From Candidatus Omnitrophota bacterium (lineage in GTDB: Bacteria > Omnitrophota > Gorgyraeia > Zapsychrales > Fredricksoniimonadaceae), in NCBI GenBank assembly GCA_015233145.1, contig JADFYI010000002.1, positions 44,495-108,494 on the forward strand: DNA of 64,000 nucleotides, given 5' to 3'. The translations under genes were made by a program, and so were the position numbers. The notes beneath the pieces are model-generated. The model ran no database searches. It saw only the letters and a program-made list of their open reading frames with translations, and was not told the origin of the DNA. Positions 1 through 7,040 of this stretch are shown in pieces. Each line of letters opens with the position of its first letter. Within the stretch, counting starts at the first letter, position 1.

Positions 1-243
1 CTCCGTTCGGCCACAAGCAAGAAGCCCAGAAGTCTTGAAATATAAAAGAACCCTTTCTAATACACCGTAAGCTAAGAGCAAGGCTATGTTGTGTTTCAAT
101 TTCACGATCTCATAAGGTGGTGGAATTAAATGCCCGTGGTGTGGGCTAAAAACAGTGCCGTTCTTATGTCTAAATACGCCCGTCCATTCATCTTTAATTT
201 CTTGAGCAAATTTTTGATCTGTAATCGTAATTCCACTTGCCAT
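1..243 (-). CDS. hypothetical protein, first 81 codons only (gene runs off the left edge of the window)
   Basis: Hand translation of the reverse strand from ATG at 243..241 gives MASGITITDQKFAQEIKDEWTGVFRHKNGTVFSPHHGHLIPPPYEIVKLKHNIALLLAYGVLERVLLYFKTSGLLACGRTE with no stop before position 1. It is absent from the ORF track because it is truncated. No family recognised. Confidence 0.4.
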   Translation of the reverse strand, partial: MASGITITDQKFAQEIKDEWTGVFRHKNGTVFSPHHGHLIPPPYEIVKLKHNIALLLAYGVLERVLLYFKTSGLLACGRTE

Positions 244-363
244 AATCCCCGTCTAATTAATCAAAGAATTAGTTTGTCCAAGCTCCACCCTTCTGCCATG
301 CTATTCGATAAGTTCTGGATCGCTCTATGTAGACTCCTTATGACCAATCAATACATCACTTAC

Positions 364-1146
364 TTATTCTTCCCAGACAATGTCCGCTGGATTTGCTAGA
401 ACGATCTTTTCTTCTTTCGGGAACTTGACTTTATAAAACGAAATCAAGAACAAACCAATAGTCGAAACAGCATTAACAACAAAATGCGAAAACATGGGAT
501 CCTTAATCACGTAATCCTTCTTTGTCTTACCATGCAAATCCGTTTTCTGACTCCTCAAATCTTCAATGCTTTTATTAATGGAAAGTAACGAGCTCCCCAT
601 CGTCTTAATTTCGGACGGCATATCTGATTCTGGATAAAATTGAAATGCCTTAAGAATCTTCTGAGTTAAATCATAAAGAGTCTCTCGATCGCTAACCTGT
701 AAAGTTATTCTCCTGTCGCTAAGAATTTCCTTTACAATGCTTTCCAAGCTTGAATTAGCTAAACCAATGGCCACATCTGGATGATCGTTTATCTGTTTAA
801 ATGCCTTCTCAAATGCTGCACTTGCTGTCTGAAAGTTAACTTTCAATTCATTTCTGAAAACCGGAATAGATGAGATAAAGCCTGGGGTTTCAAGCCCCAA
901 ATCGATAGCTATTTTTAACAAAGTTTCCCCATTCATATTGTGCAAGGTAGGCAGCAAATCAATTTCACCAGAGTCTCTTCTCGCAATAGAAAAGTTTTCT
1001 GAATAATTGTTATAACTCTCATCAACGATATGCCACTTCTTTATATAAAGCTGAACTTTCTTGTACGATGAAAACGCCTCCCAAGTAGCCTTGTCCACTC
1101 TATCAGCTAATTCCATTAAATATTTAGGAGAAATTTGGTTATCCAT
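364..1146 (-). CDS. HEPN-type abortive-infection family protein (Abi_C-like C-terminal domain) with an SSB-like C-terminal tip
   Basis: 260-aa ORF with ATG start. The C-terminal third (SINKSIEDLRSQKTDLHGKTKKDYVIKDPMFSHFVVNAVSTIGLFLISFY) fits my memory of the Pfam Abi_C / AbiJ-type HEPN pattern: R-x6-H-G followed by a hydrophobic helix. The gene is clearly more AT-rich than the rest of the window. The family call is from pattern recall, not a search. Confidence 0.55.
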   Translation of the reverse strand: MDNQISPKYLMELADRVDKATWEAFSSYKKVQLYIKKWHIVDESYNNYSENFSIARRDSGEIDLLPTLHNMNGETLLKIAIDLGLETPGFISSIPVFRNELKVNFQTASAAFEKAFKQINDHPDVAIGLANSSLESIVKEILSDRRITLQVSDRETLYDLTQKILKAFQFYPESDMPSEIKTMGSSLLSINKSIEDLRSQKTDLHGKTKKDYVIKDPMFSHFVVNAVSTIGLFLISFYKVKFPKEEKIVLANPADIVWEE

Positions 1147-1375
1147 GACCCACTCTACTACATTTGTATTCGCGACGCCACGAGTCCATCTTTAAAACCT
1201 TCCACTTACCATAATCCCTGTTATAAAAATCTTATACCGGAATAAGACATCCGATTTCTCCAATTCTATACATTTTTCATAAATAAGCAAATGGAGAATC
1301 TGAAGTTCCAAATGATTGAGACGTGAAATTTTAGGTTTCTACGAAGTGATTTGGCAGAAGGTTTTGGACACGAGT

Positions 1376-1432
1376 ACCAAAAAGATACGGTGACACACAT
1401 TTATTTCCATGTCACTCAATGTGTGCCACCGT
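1376..1432 (-). terminator. rho-independent terminator downstream of the DUF4142 gene
   Basis: Inverted repeat acggtgacacacatt (1387..1401) / aatgtgtgccaccgt (1418..1432), 14 of 15 complementary, 16-nt loop. On the minus strand it is followed by ATCTTTTTGG. Confidence 0.6.
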
Positions 1433-1454
1433 AATTTGCAAAGCCTTTTGCCTT

Positions 1455-1982
1455 TTACAGCTTCGTTTGAAGATCTCTGGCCTTATCCAAATGCATCTGG
1501 ACACTACTTTTCGTAGATGACAACTGCGCCTTCAAATCAGGGCTTTGCGCATCTTTCGAAAGCTGATCAATGAGATCCAAGGTTTCCATGTGACCTTTGA
1601 TCATATCAGCTAAGTAACCTCTCTCATAGTCCGTGCCGTTCTTGGTCATCAATAGGGCGCGATCCTTGACTCCTTTGGCGCGTGATACTGTACCGGTTGT
1701 GCCAGGCACGTTAATGTTGAGCTTTGCAGCCAAATCCATGTACTTATTCAGATCAGCGGTGTGCTCACTCTGAATCATTTTCGCGTATGCCTCAACATCA
1801 ACGCTGATTTTCTTGGACTGCGCCTGCTGGGCGGCGGCAATTTCATTTCGGTCTGTCGCCATCATTAAACCCATAATTTCCCCATCGCTCCTTCTCTCTT
1901 GACAGAACCCCGTCCCAGCAATCATCACAGAAATCAATCCAACAGCAAACACAATCACACTTAATTTTGTTACGATTCTCAT
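1455..1982 (-). CDS. DUF4142-like periplasmic protein (ferritin-like four-helix family)
   Basis: AAGGAG lies 6 nt upstream of the ATG. N-terminal signal/anchor is KLSVIVFAVGLISVMIAG. The body pattern DRNEIAAAQQAQSKK..VEAYAKMIQSEHTADL..LAAKL..DYERGYLADMIKGHMETLDL resembles DUF4142 proteins as I remember them. Confidence 0.65.
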   Translation of the reverse strand: MRIVTKLSVIVFAVGLISVMIAGTGFCQERRSDGEIMGLMMATDRNEIAAAQQAQSKKISVDVEAYAKMIQSEHTADLNKYMDLAAKLNINVPGTTGTVSRAKGVKDRALLMTKNGTDYERGYLADMIKGHMETLDLIDQLSKDAQSPDLKAQLSSTKSSVQMHLDKARDLQTKL

Positions 1983-2030
1983 AGCTTTCTCCTTTGGTTA
2001 AAGACACATTCATTCAAAAAACAACCTAAA

Positions 2031-2075
2031 CTTAGTCGATCGTTAAGGTTTATTCTATCAAAAGAAAAAAGAAGA
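2031..2075. repeat. copy 1 of a 45-nt upstream element (47-92 nt upstream of the DUF4142 start on the minus strand)
   Basis: cttagtcgatcgttaaggtttattctatcaaaagaaaaaagaaga. It matches 2817..2860 at 41 of 45 aligned columns (3 substitutions, 1 indel). Confidence 0.85.
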
Positions 2076-2112
2076 ACTGTCCCTCGTAAAGTTCGCACCT
2101 ATTTCTTTGATC

Positions 2113-2745
2113 CTAATCATGAAAATGCGTCCAATGAGAGTCGATCTGGCTTGGAAAAACATAGCAGATGGGAATAATCGTATAAAGAATGAGACTTAAA
2201 GCGGGGTTATACAAAGCTAAAAGAATCGCGCATAAATAGAAGACAAAACCTATCAAAATTCGCCTTTTGCCTTTGGCAATAACGTCGGCCTCAAGCTCGC
2301 CCCCTACTAAACGGTGCTTGTCGGTCGCATACGCCCACTGAAAATAAAGCGTAAGACTGATGGCGTTTATATTGATGCCATAAATCATAACAGCGAGCGG
2401 ATTGTGGGGGTAATCTCCCATCAAATCAGTGGTAAAAGGCACCAGCACAACGACCATAAGAAAAAGAAGATTCATCCACAAATACCAACGATCGGTCTTT
2501 TTGACGAAATGCGAATAGCCATGATGGGCAACCCAAAAGACGCTTAAGACGAGAAAACTCACCAAATAAATCAAGAATTTTGGCCAGAGACCAAATAAAG
2601 TTTGCGGAAGATCCCCTTCATGACCGATAGGAATCTTAAGGTCCAAAACAAGGAGCGTCATGGCGAACGCAAAAATGCCATCGCTAAGCGACTCTAGCCG
2701 AAATTTTCCAAGTCCCGCTGTCTTTTCTTCACGATCTGAAAGCAT
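2113..2745 (-). CDS. TMEM175/DUF1211-family potassium channel
   Basis: N-terminal helix RLESLSDGIFAFAMTLLVLDLKIP matches the signature R-x-E-x-x-S-D-G-x-F-A-x-x-x-T-L-L-V-L of DUF1211/TMEM175. About six hydrophobic helices in 210 aa. Confidence 0.75.
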   Translation of the reverse strand: MLSDREEKTAGLGKFRLESLSDGIFAFAMTLLVLDLKIPIGHEGDLPQTLFGLWPKFLIYLVSFLVLSVFWVAHHGYSHFVKKTDRWYLWMNLLFLMVVVLVPFTTDLMGDYPHNPLAVMIYGININAISLTLYFQWAYATDKHRLVGGELEADVIAKGKRRILIGFVFYLCAILLALYNPALSLILYTIIPICYVFPSQIDSHWTHFHD

Positions 2746-2816
2746 CCGCCGCCGTCTTTCCTGTTCATTCTAAAGAAAACGAGTGTCACTAGGGGTTAGA
2801 ACACCTGTTTCTTACA

Positions 2817-2860
2817 CTTAGTCGATCGTGAGGGTTTATTCTGTCAAAAGAAAAAGAAGA
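2817..2860. repeat. copy 2 of the 45-nt upstream element (72-115 nt upstream of the TMEM175-like start on the minus strand)
   Basis: cttagtcgatcgtgagggtttattctgtcaaaagaaaaagaaga. On the minus strand this copy contains TTGACA (the other copy has TTGATA). Confidence 0.85.
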
Positions 2861-2908
2861 GTGGGCGTGAAGAAAAATTCGTGTCAGACACTATTTTTTA
2901 ATGCTTAT

Positions 2909-3415
2909 TTACAACTTTCGACTGTCGTAAGCCCAATGAAGGATGGCTTGGCGCTGTTTCTTTCGGCAGTCCAGGTCATTTTTTTTGCAATATCTTTTCA
3001 CTTGGGCTATGTGCCTTTGGATGGCTTTCCAACGCTTAATCTGGCGGTCATCCTCATCAATGAGGCGCCTCCCCATATAATACCGGCAATACCACTGAAA
3101 CCACCCGCGCGGATCTATGGGATGAATCCATGCTTTTTTCATCCATACCGACAAAGGCAGGCTCGCATTAACCCCGAAACAATTTAGGTCAGCGTCATGT
3201 TTATGAGGGCACAGTTTGGCATTTTTAAACCAGGACGCCGGAAATTCCTTTTGGCAGTCGGTCATGTATTTTCCGCCAAACACCCCAAGCTCAAGCATTT
3301 GTTGAGGCGTCAGCTCCGGCTTAAACCGCGGGTCAAAATTTTGCCCTTCAGGCTCTATGCATTCGTAGCAATAACCCTTTTGCATCTTGTCATTAACAAT
3401 GATTTTCTTTTTCAT
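2909..3415 (-). CDS. conserved-looking hypothetical protein (Trp/Cys-rich, 168 aa)
   Basis: ATG start 13 nt downstream of the radical SAM stop. Distinctive motifs are GVFGGKYMTDC, DPRGWFQWYCRYYMGRR and QAILHWAYD. I recall similar proteins annotated only as hypothetical and cannot name a family. Confidence 0.6.
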   Translation of the reverse strand: MKKKIIVNDKMQKGYCYECIEPEGQNFDPRFKPELTPQQMLELGVFGGKYMTDCQKEFPASWFKNAKLCPHKHDADLNCFGVNASLPLSVWMKKAWIHPIDPRGWFQWYCRYYMGRRLIDEDDRQIKRWKAIQRHIAQVKRYCKKNDLDCRKKQRQAILHWAYDSRKL

Positions 3416-3428
3416 AAAAAAACTTTCT

Positions 3429-4304
3429 TTATAGCCCTCGCATGATTTCCGGCCTTAAAACGATCTCCCCTTCTATGGCCGCACGCAAAGCATTTAACAA
3501 ATTCACTTTATCTTTCGGAAACACGCCTTCCAGCGCCAGATGATTGGAAGCATGATTTGATCGAAATATGGTTTTCTTAAGGTCAAGACCTTGAATAATT
3601 TCGTAAGCCTCTTGTAAGAGTTCCATGGAATTTAATTCTCGAAAATCGCCGCGTTCGGCCTCTTTTGCGAGTGCCGTCTCTGGAATAATCATCAAAGACA
3701 GAAACGACAGGTATCTTGGCTGCATCCTGTTTAAAGCTTTGATTGTTTCTTTAACGTGCTCTCTGGAATATTTCTTCCCTCCCAGGCCCAGTAAAACGAT
3801 GACAGAAGATTTGATCTGTGCGCGATCTAATCTCTGGATAGCATCAACCATCTCATCGACCCGAGATTTTTTTCCACATCGATCCAGTATCATTTGACTG
3901 CCGCTTTCGAGCCCCATGTAAATAAGGCTTAACTGATGTTCACGCAGCTCTCTTAAATCATGATCATTTTTTTGTGTGATGTTACACCCATTGGCATAAC
4001 TTGAAACGCGGGAAAGCCCTGGAAAAGCCTGTTGCAACGCTTCCAGAATGGGCACAAGTTTATTATTGCTTAGAACCAGAGCATCGCCATCCATTAAAAA
4101 AACACGACGCGTGTCCGGGTGCCTGGCCGCAAACCGGTTAATATCCTCTTTGATCTCTTTGGGGTCTTTGGCGCGAAAAGGTTTATTTTTATAAGCACCG
4201 CAGAAATTGCAATTGTCTGACGAACAGCCCAGCGTAACCTGCAAAAGAAAACTATCCGCCTCCGACGGAGGCCTTATCACCGGCTCTATAATGGGCATCA
4301 ACAT
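3429..4304 (-). CDS. radical SAM protein with non-canonical C-x4-C-x2-C cluster motif
   Basis: RPPSEADSFLLQVTLGCSSDNCNFCGAY carries the Cys triad, with spacing x4/x2 rather than x3/x2. The downstream motifs FLMDGDAL and IYMGLESGS are typical of the radical SAM TIM barrel. An alternative ATG lies at 4298. Confidence 0.8.
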   Translation of the reverse strand: MLMPIIEPVIRPPSEADSFLLQVTLGCSSDNCNFCGAYKNKPFRAKDPKEIKEDINRFAARHPDTRRVFLMDGDALVLSNNKLVPILEALQQAFPGLSRVSSYANGCNITQKNDHDLRELREHQLSLIYMGLESGSQMILDRCGKKSRVDEMVDAIQRLDRAQIKSSVIVLLGLGGKKYSREHVKETIKALNRMQPRYLSFLSLMIIPETALAKEAERGDFRELNSMELLQEAYEIIQGLDLKKTIFRSNHASNHLALEGVFPKDKVNLLNALRAAIEGEIVLRPEIMRGL

Positions 4305-4362
4305 TGCCTTTTTAACATTTTTCGTATTGGGCCTAGAAGTGGGGATTGTTCCATCTCGGTTA

Positions 4363-4614
4363 TCACTGTAATTCTTGAAGTTCCCAAACGCTTTTGGAAG
4401 TGGCTTTGGCTTTTTTTAATACACCTTTGGCGCGTAATTGCGTGGCCGCCCAAAAGATATCCTCTTGCCAGGTAAAATGCAGATTTCCGCTTCTGATGAG
4501 ATCATCCTGATGGTGTTCCCAGATATAATTGCGTATTTTACTGATTTGCGCAGAACCGTTTAATTCCTTGAGAGCCTCAACGATCCATTCGCACAAATCT
4601 TTTCTTGTTTTCAT
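4363..4614 (-). CDS. small stand-alone winged-helix protein (Mrr_N-like)
   Basis: 83 aa. The pattern IVEALKELNGSAQISKIRNYI ... FTWQEDIFWAATQLRAKGVLKK....SVWEL resembles the N-terminal winged-helix domain of Mrr-type restriction proteins (W/Y-x-x-x-x-x-W-A-x-x-x-L-x-x-x-G). Confidence 0.45.
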   Translation of the reverse strand: MKTRKDLCEWIVEALKELNGSAQISKIRNYIWEHHQDDLIRSGNLHFTWQEDIFWAATQLRAKGVLKKAKATSKSVWELQELQ

Positions 4615-4637
4615 ATAATTTTTTCTAAGAAAGATTC

Positions 4638-5384
4638 TTAATTAACGTTTAAGACTTTGTTAACCTTGTCCACCAGATCCAGTGATGAGCAGGGTTTGTG
4701 CAAAAACTCGATATCCAGCAAACTGCTGAGGCGAGGTTCAACGATCTGGTCTTGGGAGGTCAGAATGATGATCGGCAAATCCGGAAACTTGGAATTAAAC
4801 TTTATCTTGTAAACAACTTCATAGCCGTTCACTTCCGGCATCATGATATCCAGAATCAAAAGGTCGGGCCGCGCTTCTTCAATCGAGGCCATGGCCTCTT
4901 TCCCGTTATTCGCCAAACGCACGTCATAACCCGCCTTTATAAGGATTTCAGACGACAGCTTCTGCGAAATCGGGTCATCATCGGCAATAAGGATGGTGTT
5001 AACATTAACCTTGAGATGGCCCTGGGCCATACAGGCATTCTTGGCCCGTTCTTCCCCTAAAAACCATTGGGCCTCTTCAAGTTCCTTTTGTGTGCCTTGC
5101 AACTGTGACCTTAATTGTTCAAGCTGTGACTGCAAGTCACAAGCGCGCTCAATGGAATCTTTCAGGGAAATATCTAATTGATCTTTCCTGGCCCGTTCTT
5201 CGCCTAGATACCATTGCGATTCGTCAAACTGCTGTTTTACTTTATTGAAACTATTTTGAAGAAACTCGATATGCTGGTTTTTGTCGCGCAGTTCATTTTC
5301 AAGTGATTGGATCCTTGCCTGCGCTTCCCCCAAAAGCCACTGGGAATCCTGAAGCTTTTTTTCGACAGATTGGCCTTCCTCCAT
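4638..5384 (-). CDS. response regulator: N-terminal repeat-containing coiled coil plus C-terminal receiver domain, no output domain
   Basis: Receiver motifs are ILIADDD, DLLILDIMMPEVNG, IIILTS and HKP. The N-terminal 125 aa are Q/E/L-rich with three copies of [SA]-Q-W-[LYF]-L-G-E-[AE]-[QR]-A-[RK]. Confidence 0.85.
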   Translation of the reverse strand: MEEGQSVEKKLQDSQWLLGEAQARIQSLENELRDKNQHIEFLQNSFNKVKQQFDESQWYLGEERARKDQLDISLKDSIERACDLQSQLEQLRSQLQGTQKELEEAQWFLGEERAKNACMAQGHLKVNVNTILIADDDPISQKLSSEILIKAGYDVRLANNGKEAMASIEEARPDLLILDIMMPEVNGYEVVYKIKFNSKFPDLPIIILTSQDQIVEPRLSSLLDIEFLHKPCSSLDLVDKVNKVLNVN

Positions 5385-5460
5385 ATCCCCCCCCTTATGA
5401 ATAAAGCCTGAAAACCAAAAAAAATTATTTCTATTATTTTATACTAAATTTGCACCCGGA

Positions 5461-5967
5461 CTACTTCTTTTTCTTTTTCGAAACCGGTTTTTTCTTGCTT
5501 AGCGCTTTTTTGACAAGAGAAACCTTTTTCTTTTTTTGAGCAAATGGCTTATTAATGACAACAGGAGTTTTTCCCAAGGCCTGAGGAATGTCTTTCGGCC
5601 TGTTATCAACGCTTGGCGTTGAGGTTAAACGGCCGCCAGCCTTGCGTCGGGAGAAACATTCCTGGCAATACACAGGCCGGTCGCCGGTGGGTTTAAAAGG
5701 GACCGAACAATCTTTCTTGCAATCTGCGCAAATGGCCGTGTGCATGACCCTTCCATTAAAACGATTGTTTTGCGGGGCTCCCCCTTGAACATGCGTTAGA
5801 ACGGGCGGCACAGGAAGCGGCTTTACGCCAGGCTTTACGTCAACCAAAGGACGGTTAATTAAAGTGTCCAGTTTTTTATCAAGTAACGTCAGTTGGGCTT
5901 GAAGTTGTTCCTGTATTTTAATAATTAAAACAAGCAATTCCTGTTCATTTTGCGTCTCTTTTTTCAT
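5461..5967 (-). CDS. CxxC-x17-CxxC zinc-ribbon protein with coiled-coil N-terminus and poly-Lys tail
   Basis: CADC-KKDCSVPFKPTGDRPVY-CQEC is exactly CxxC-x17-CxxC. The C-terminus is KKKKVSLVKKALSKKKPVSKKKKK. The start is trimmed from the TTG at 6009 to ATG 5967, which has AAGGAGG 4 nt upstream. Confidence 0.7.
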   Translation of the reverse strand: MKKETQNEQELLVLIIKIQEQLQAQLTLLDKKLDTLINRPLVDVKPGVKPLPVPPVLTHVQGGAPQNNRFNGRVMHTAICADCKKDCSVPFKPTGDRPVYCQECFSRRKAGGRLTSTPSVDNRPKDIPQALGKTPVVINKPFAQKKKKVSLVKKALSKKKPVSKKKKK

Positions 5968-5999
5968 ACTCCTCCTTAATTCTTTTGATTCATTCCTTT

Positions 6000-6824
6000 T
6001 TATTTCCAAATCACCCGGGCAGGATTCCTTAACGGTATCCGGCTATAACGGTACTTGGGATGCCCAATCATCATAACAGCACCAGCCGCAGCGCGCGAAG
6101 ACATACCTGTAAATTTTCTCACATCATCAGACATATTGATGGCCATATTCAAATACCCGGCCCAGCAGGCGCCAAGCCCGAGGCCAAAAGCCGCGAGTTC
6201 AAGATATGTGGCCGCAATCGTGCATGACTGCGGAACCATGGGATCGTCTTTAAGGCCGTAAGCCATCACAATGCACGGTGCCCCTCGGCAAATCCTGTCT
6301 TCGCCCTTTTTCCAGGCCTCGAGTGAAATATTAAAACGAAGCGCCTCTGCAATGGGGGATTTTGCCTCTAAAAGTTGTTCCATCCACGTTGAGACACGGC
6401 CTGCCAGGTCATGGACTTTTTCTTTCCCCATAACCACCATCCAGTTGACTGGCTGGCGGTTAATGCCCGAAGGCGCATACCTGGCGATATCCAAAAGCTT
6501 TTCTATGGATTCTTTGGCCACTGGCGCATCTTTATAGGTTCGAATAGAGCGCCGGGCCTTCAAGAGCAGTTGAACCTGTTCGGCGTTCGGCAATTGAGAA
6601 TGGTTGAACGGCACGGTATCTGACACGCTCATGGTCGAAAGTTTTATCGACCCTGGCGGGCAGAATGAAAAACAGTGGCCGCAGTTAATGCACCTTTCCC
6701 CGCCGCCTGGCAAAAATTCCGGTATGTGATCGTTTTTATTCATTTTTAAAATCTGGATCGGGCAAACTTCTACACAGCGCCCGTCGCCTTTACATGTTTT
6801 TTTGTCAACGTCAAGAGTGATCAT
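6000..6824 (-). CDS. ferredoxin-domain-fused nitroreductase family protein
   Basis: Two 4Fe-4S-type Cys motifs (CKGDGRCVEVCP, CINCGHCFSFCP) are followed by nitroreductase-fold motifs RRSIRTYKD and RYAPSGINRQP. Confidence 0.85.
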   Translation of the reverse strand: MITLDVDKKTCKGDGRCVEVCPIQILKMNKNDHIPEFLPGGGERCINCGHCFSFCPPGSIKLSTMSVSDTVPFNHSQLPNAEQVQLLLKARRSIRTYKDAPVAKESIEKLLDIARYAPSGINRQPVNWMVVMGKEKVHDLAGRVSTWMEQLLEAKSPIAEALRFNISLEAWKKGEDRICRGAPCIVMAYGLKDDPMVPQSCTIAATYLELAAFGLGLGACWAGYLNMAINMSDDVRKFTGMSSRAAAGAVMMIGHPKYRYSRIPLRNPARVIWK

Positions 6825-6852
6825 TTCCGTGTCCTCTTAAAATTAAAATAAC

Positions 6853-6895
6853 GTCTAAAAAATGAATTTCGGGGACAAAAAACATCCCCGAAATT
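6853..6895 (-). terminator. rho-independent terminator after the 36-aa peptide gene
   Basis: Perfect 11-bp stem aatttcgggga (6865..6875) / tccccgaaatt (6885..6895) with a 9-nt loop, followed on the minus strand by CATTTTTTAG. Confidence 0.6.
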
Positions 6896-6929
6896 TTAAA
6901 TAAAAAATTCAGAATTATTAGAAATGCCC

Positions 6930-7040
6930 TTATTTCTTACACATTGTGCAACATTTGTTGTGCAGGCATTTGAAAAATGTCAGAACAAACCCGTTAATAA
7001 TAATCAACGCAGCAATCTCTAAAAATAATTTCTTTCCCAT
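6930..7040 (-). CDS. 36-aa membrane peptide with Cys-rich basic tail (not in ORF track)
   Basis: Hand translation gives MGKKLFLEIAALIIINGFVLTFFKCLHNKCCTMCKK. AAGGAGG lies 5 nt upstream of the ATG (7040..7038), and the gene has its own terminator hairpin downstream. Confidence 0.55.
   Translation of the reverse strand: MGKKLFLEIAALIIINGFVLTFFKCLHNKCCTMCKK

Noticed and set aside
130-399. 89-aa plus-strand ORF at the left edge
   Set aside because: It overlaps both the truncated minus-strand ORF (1..243) and the 3' end of the Abi-like gene. It has no motifs and no SD.
2031-2860. The 45-nt direct repeats bracketing the TMEM175-like gene considered as integron attC sites or gene-cassette boundaries
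   Set aside because: The repeats contain no imperfect-palindrome attC architecture or GTTRRRY/RYYYAAC core sites, and there is no integrase nearby. Their position relative to both start codons fits duplicated promoter regions better.
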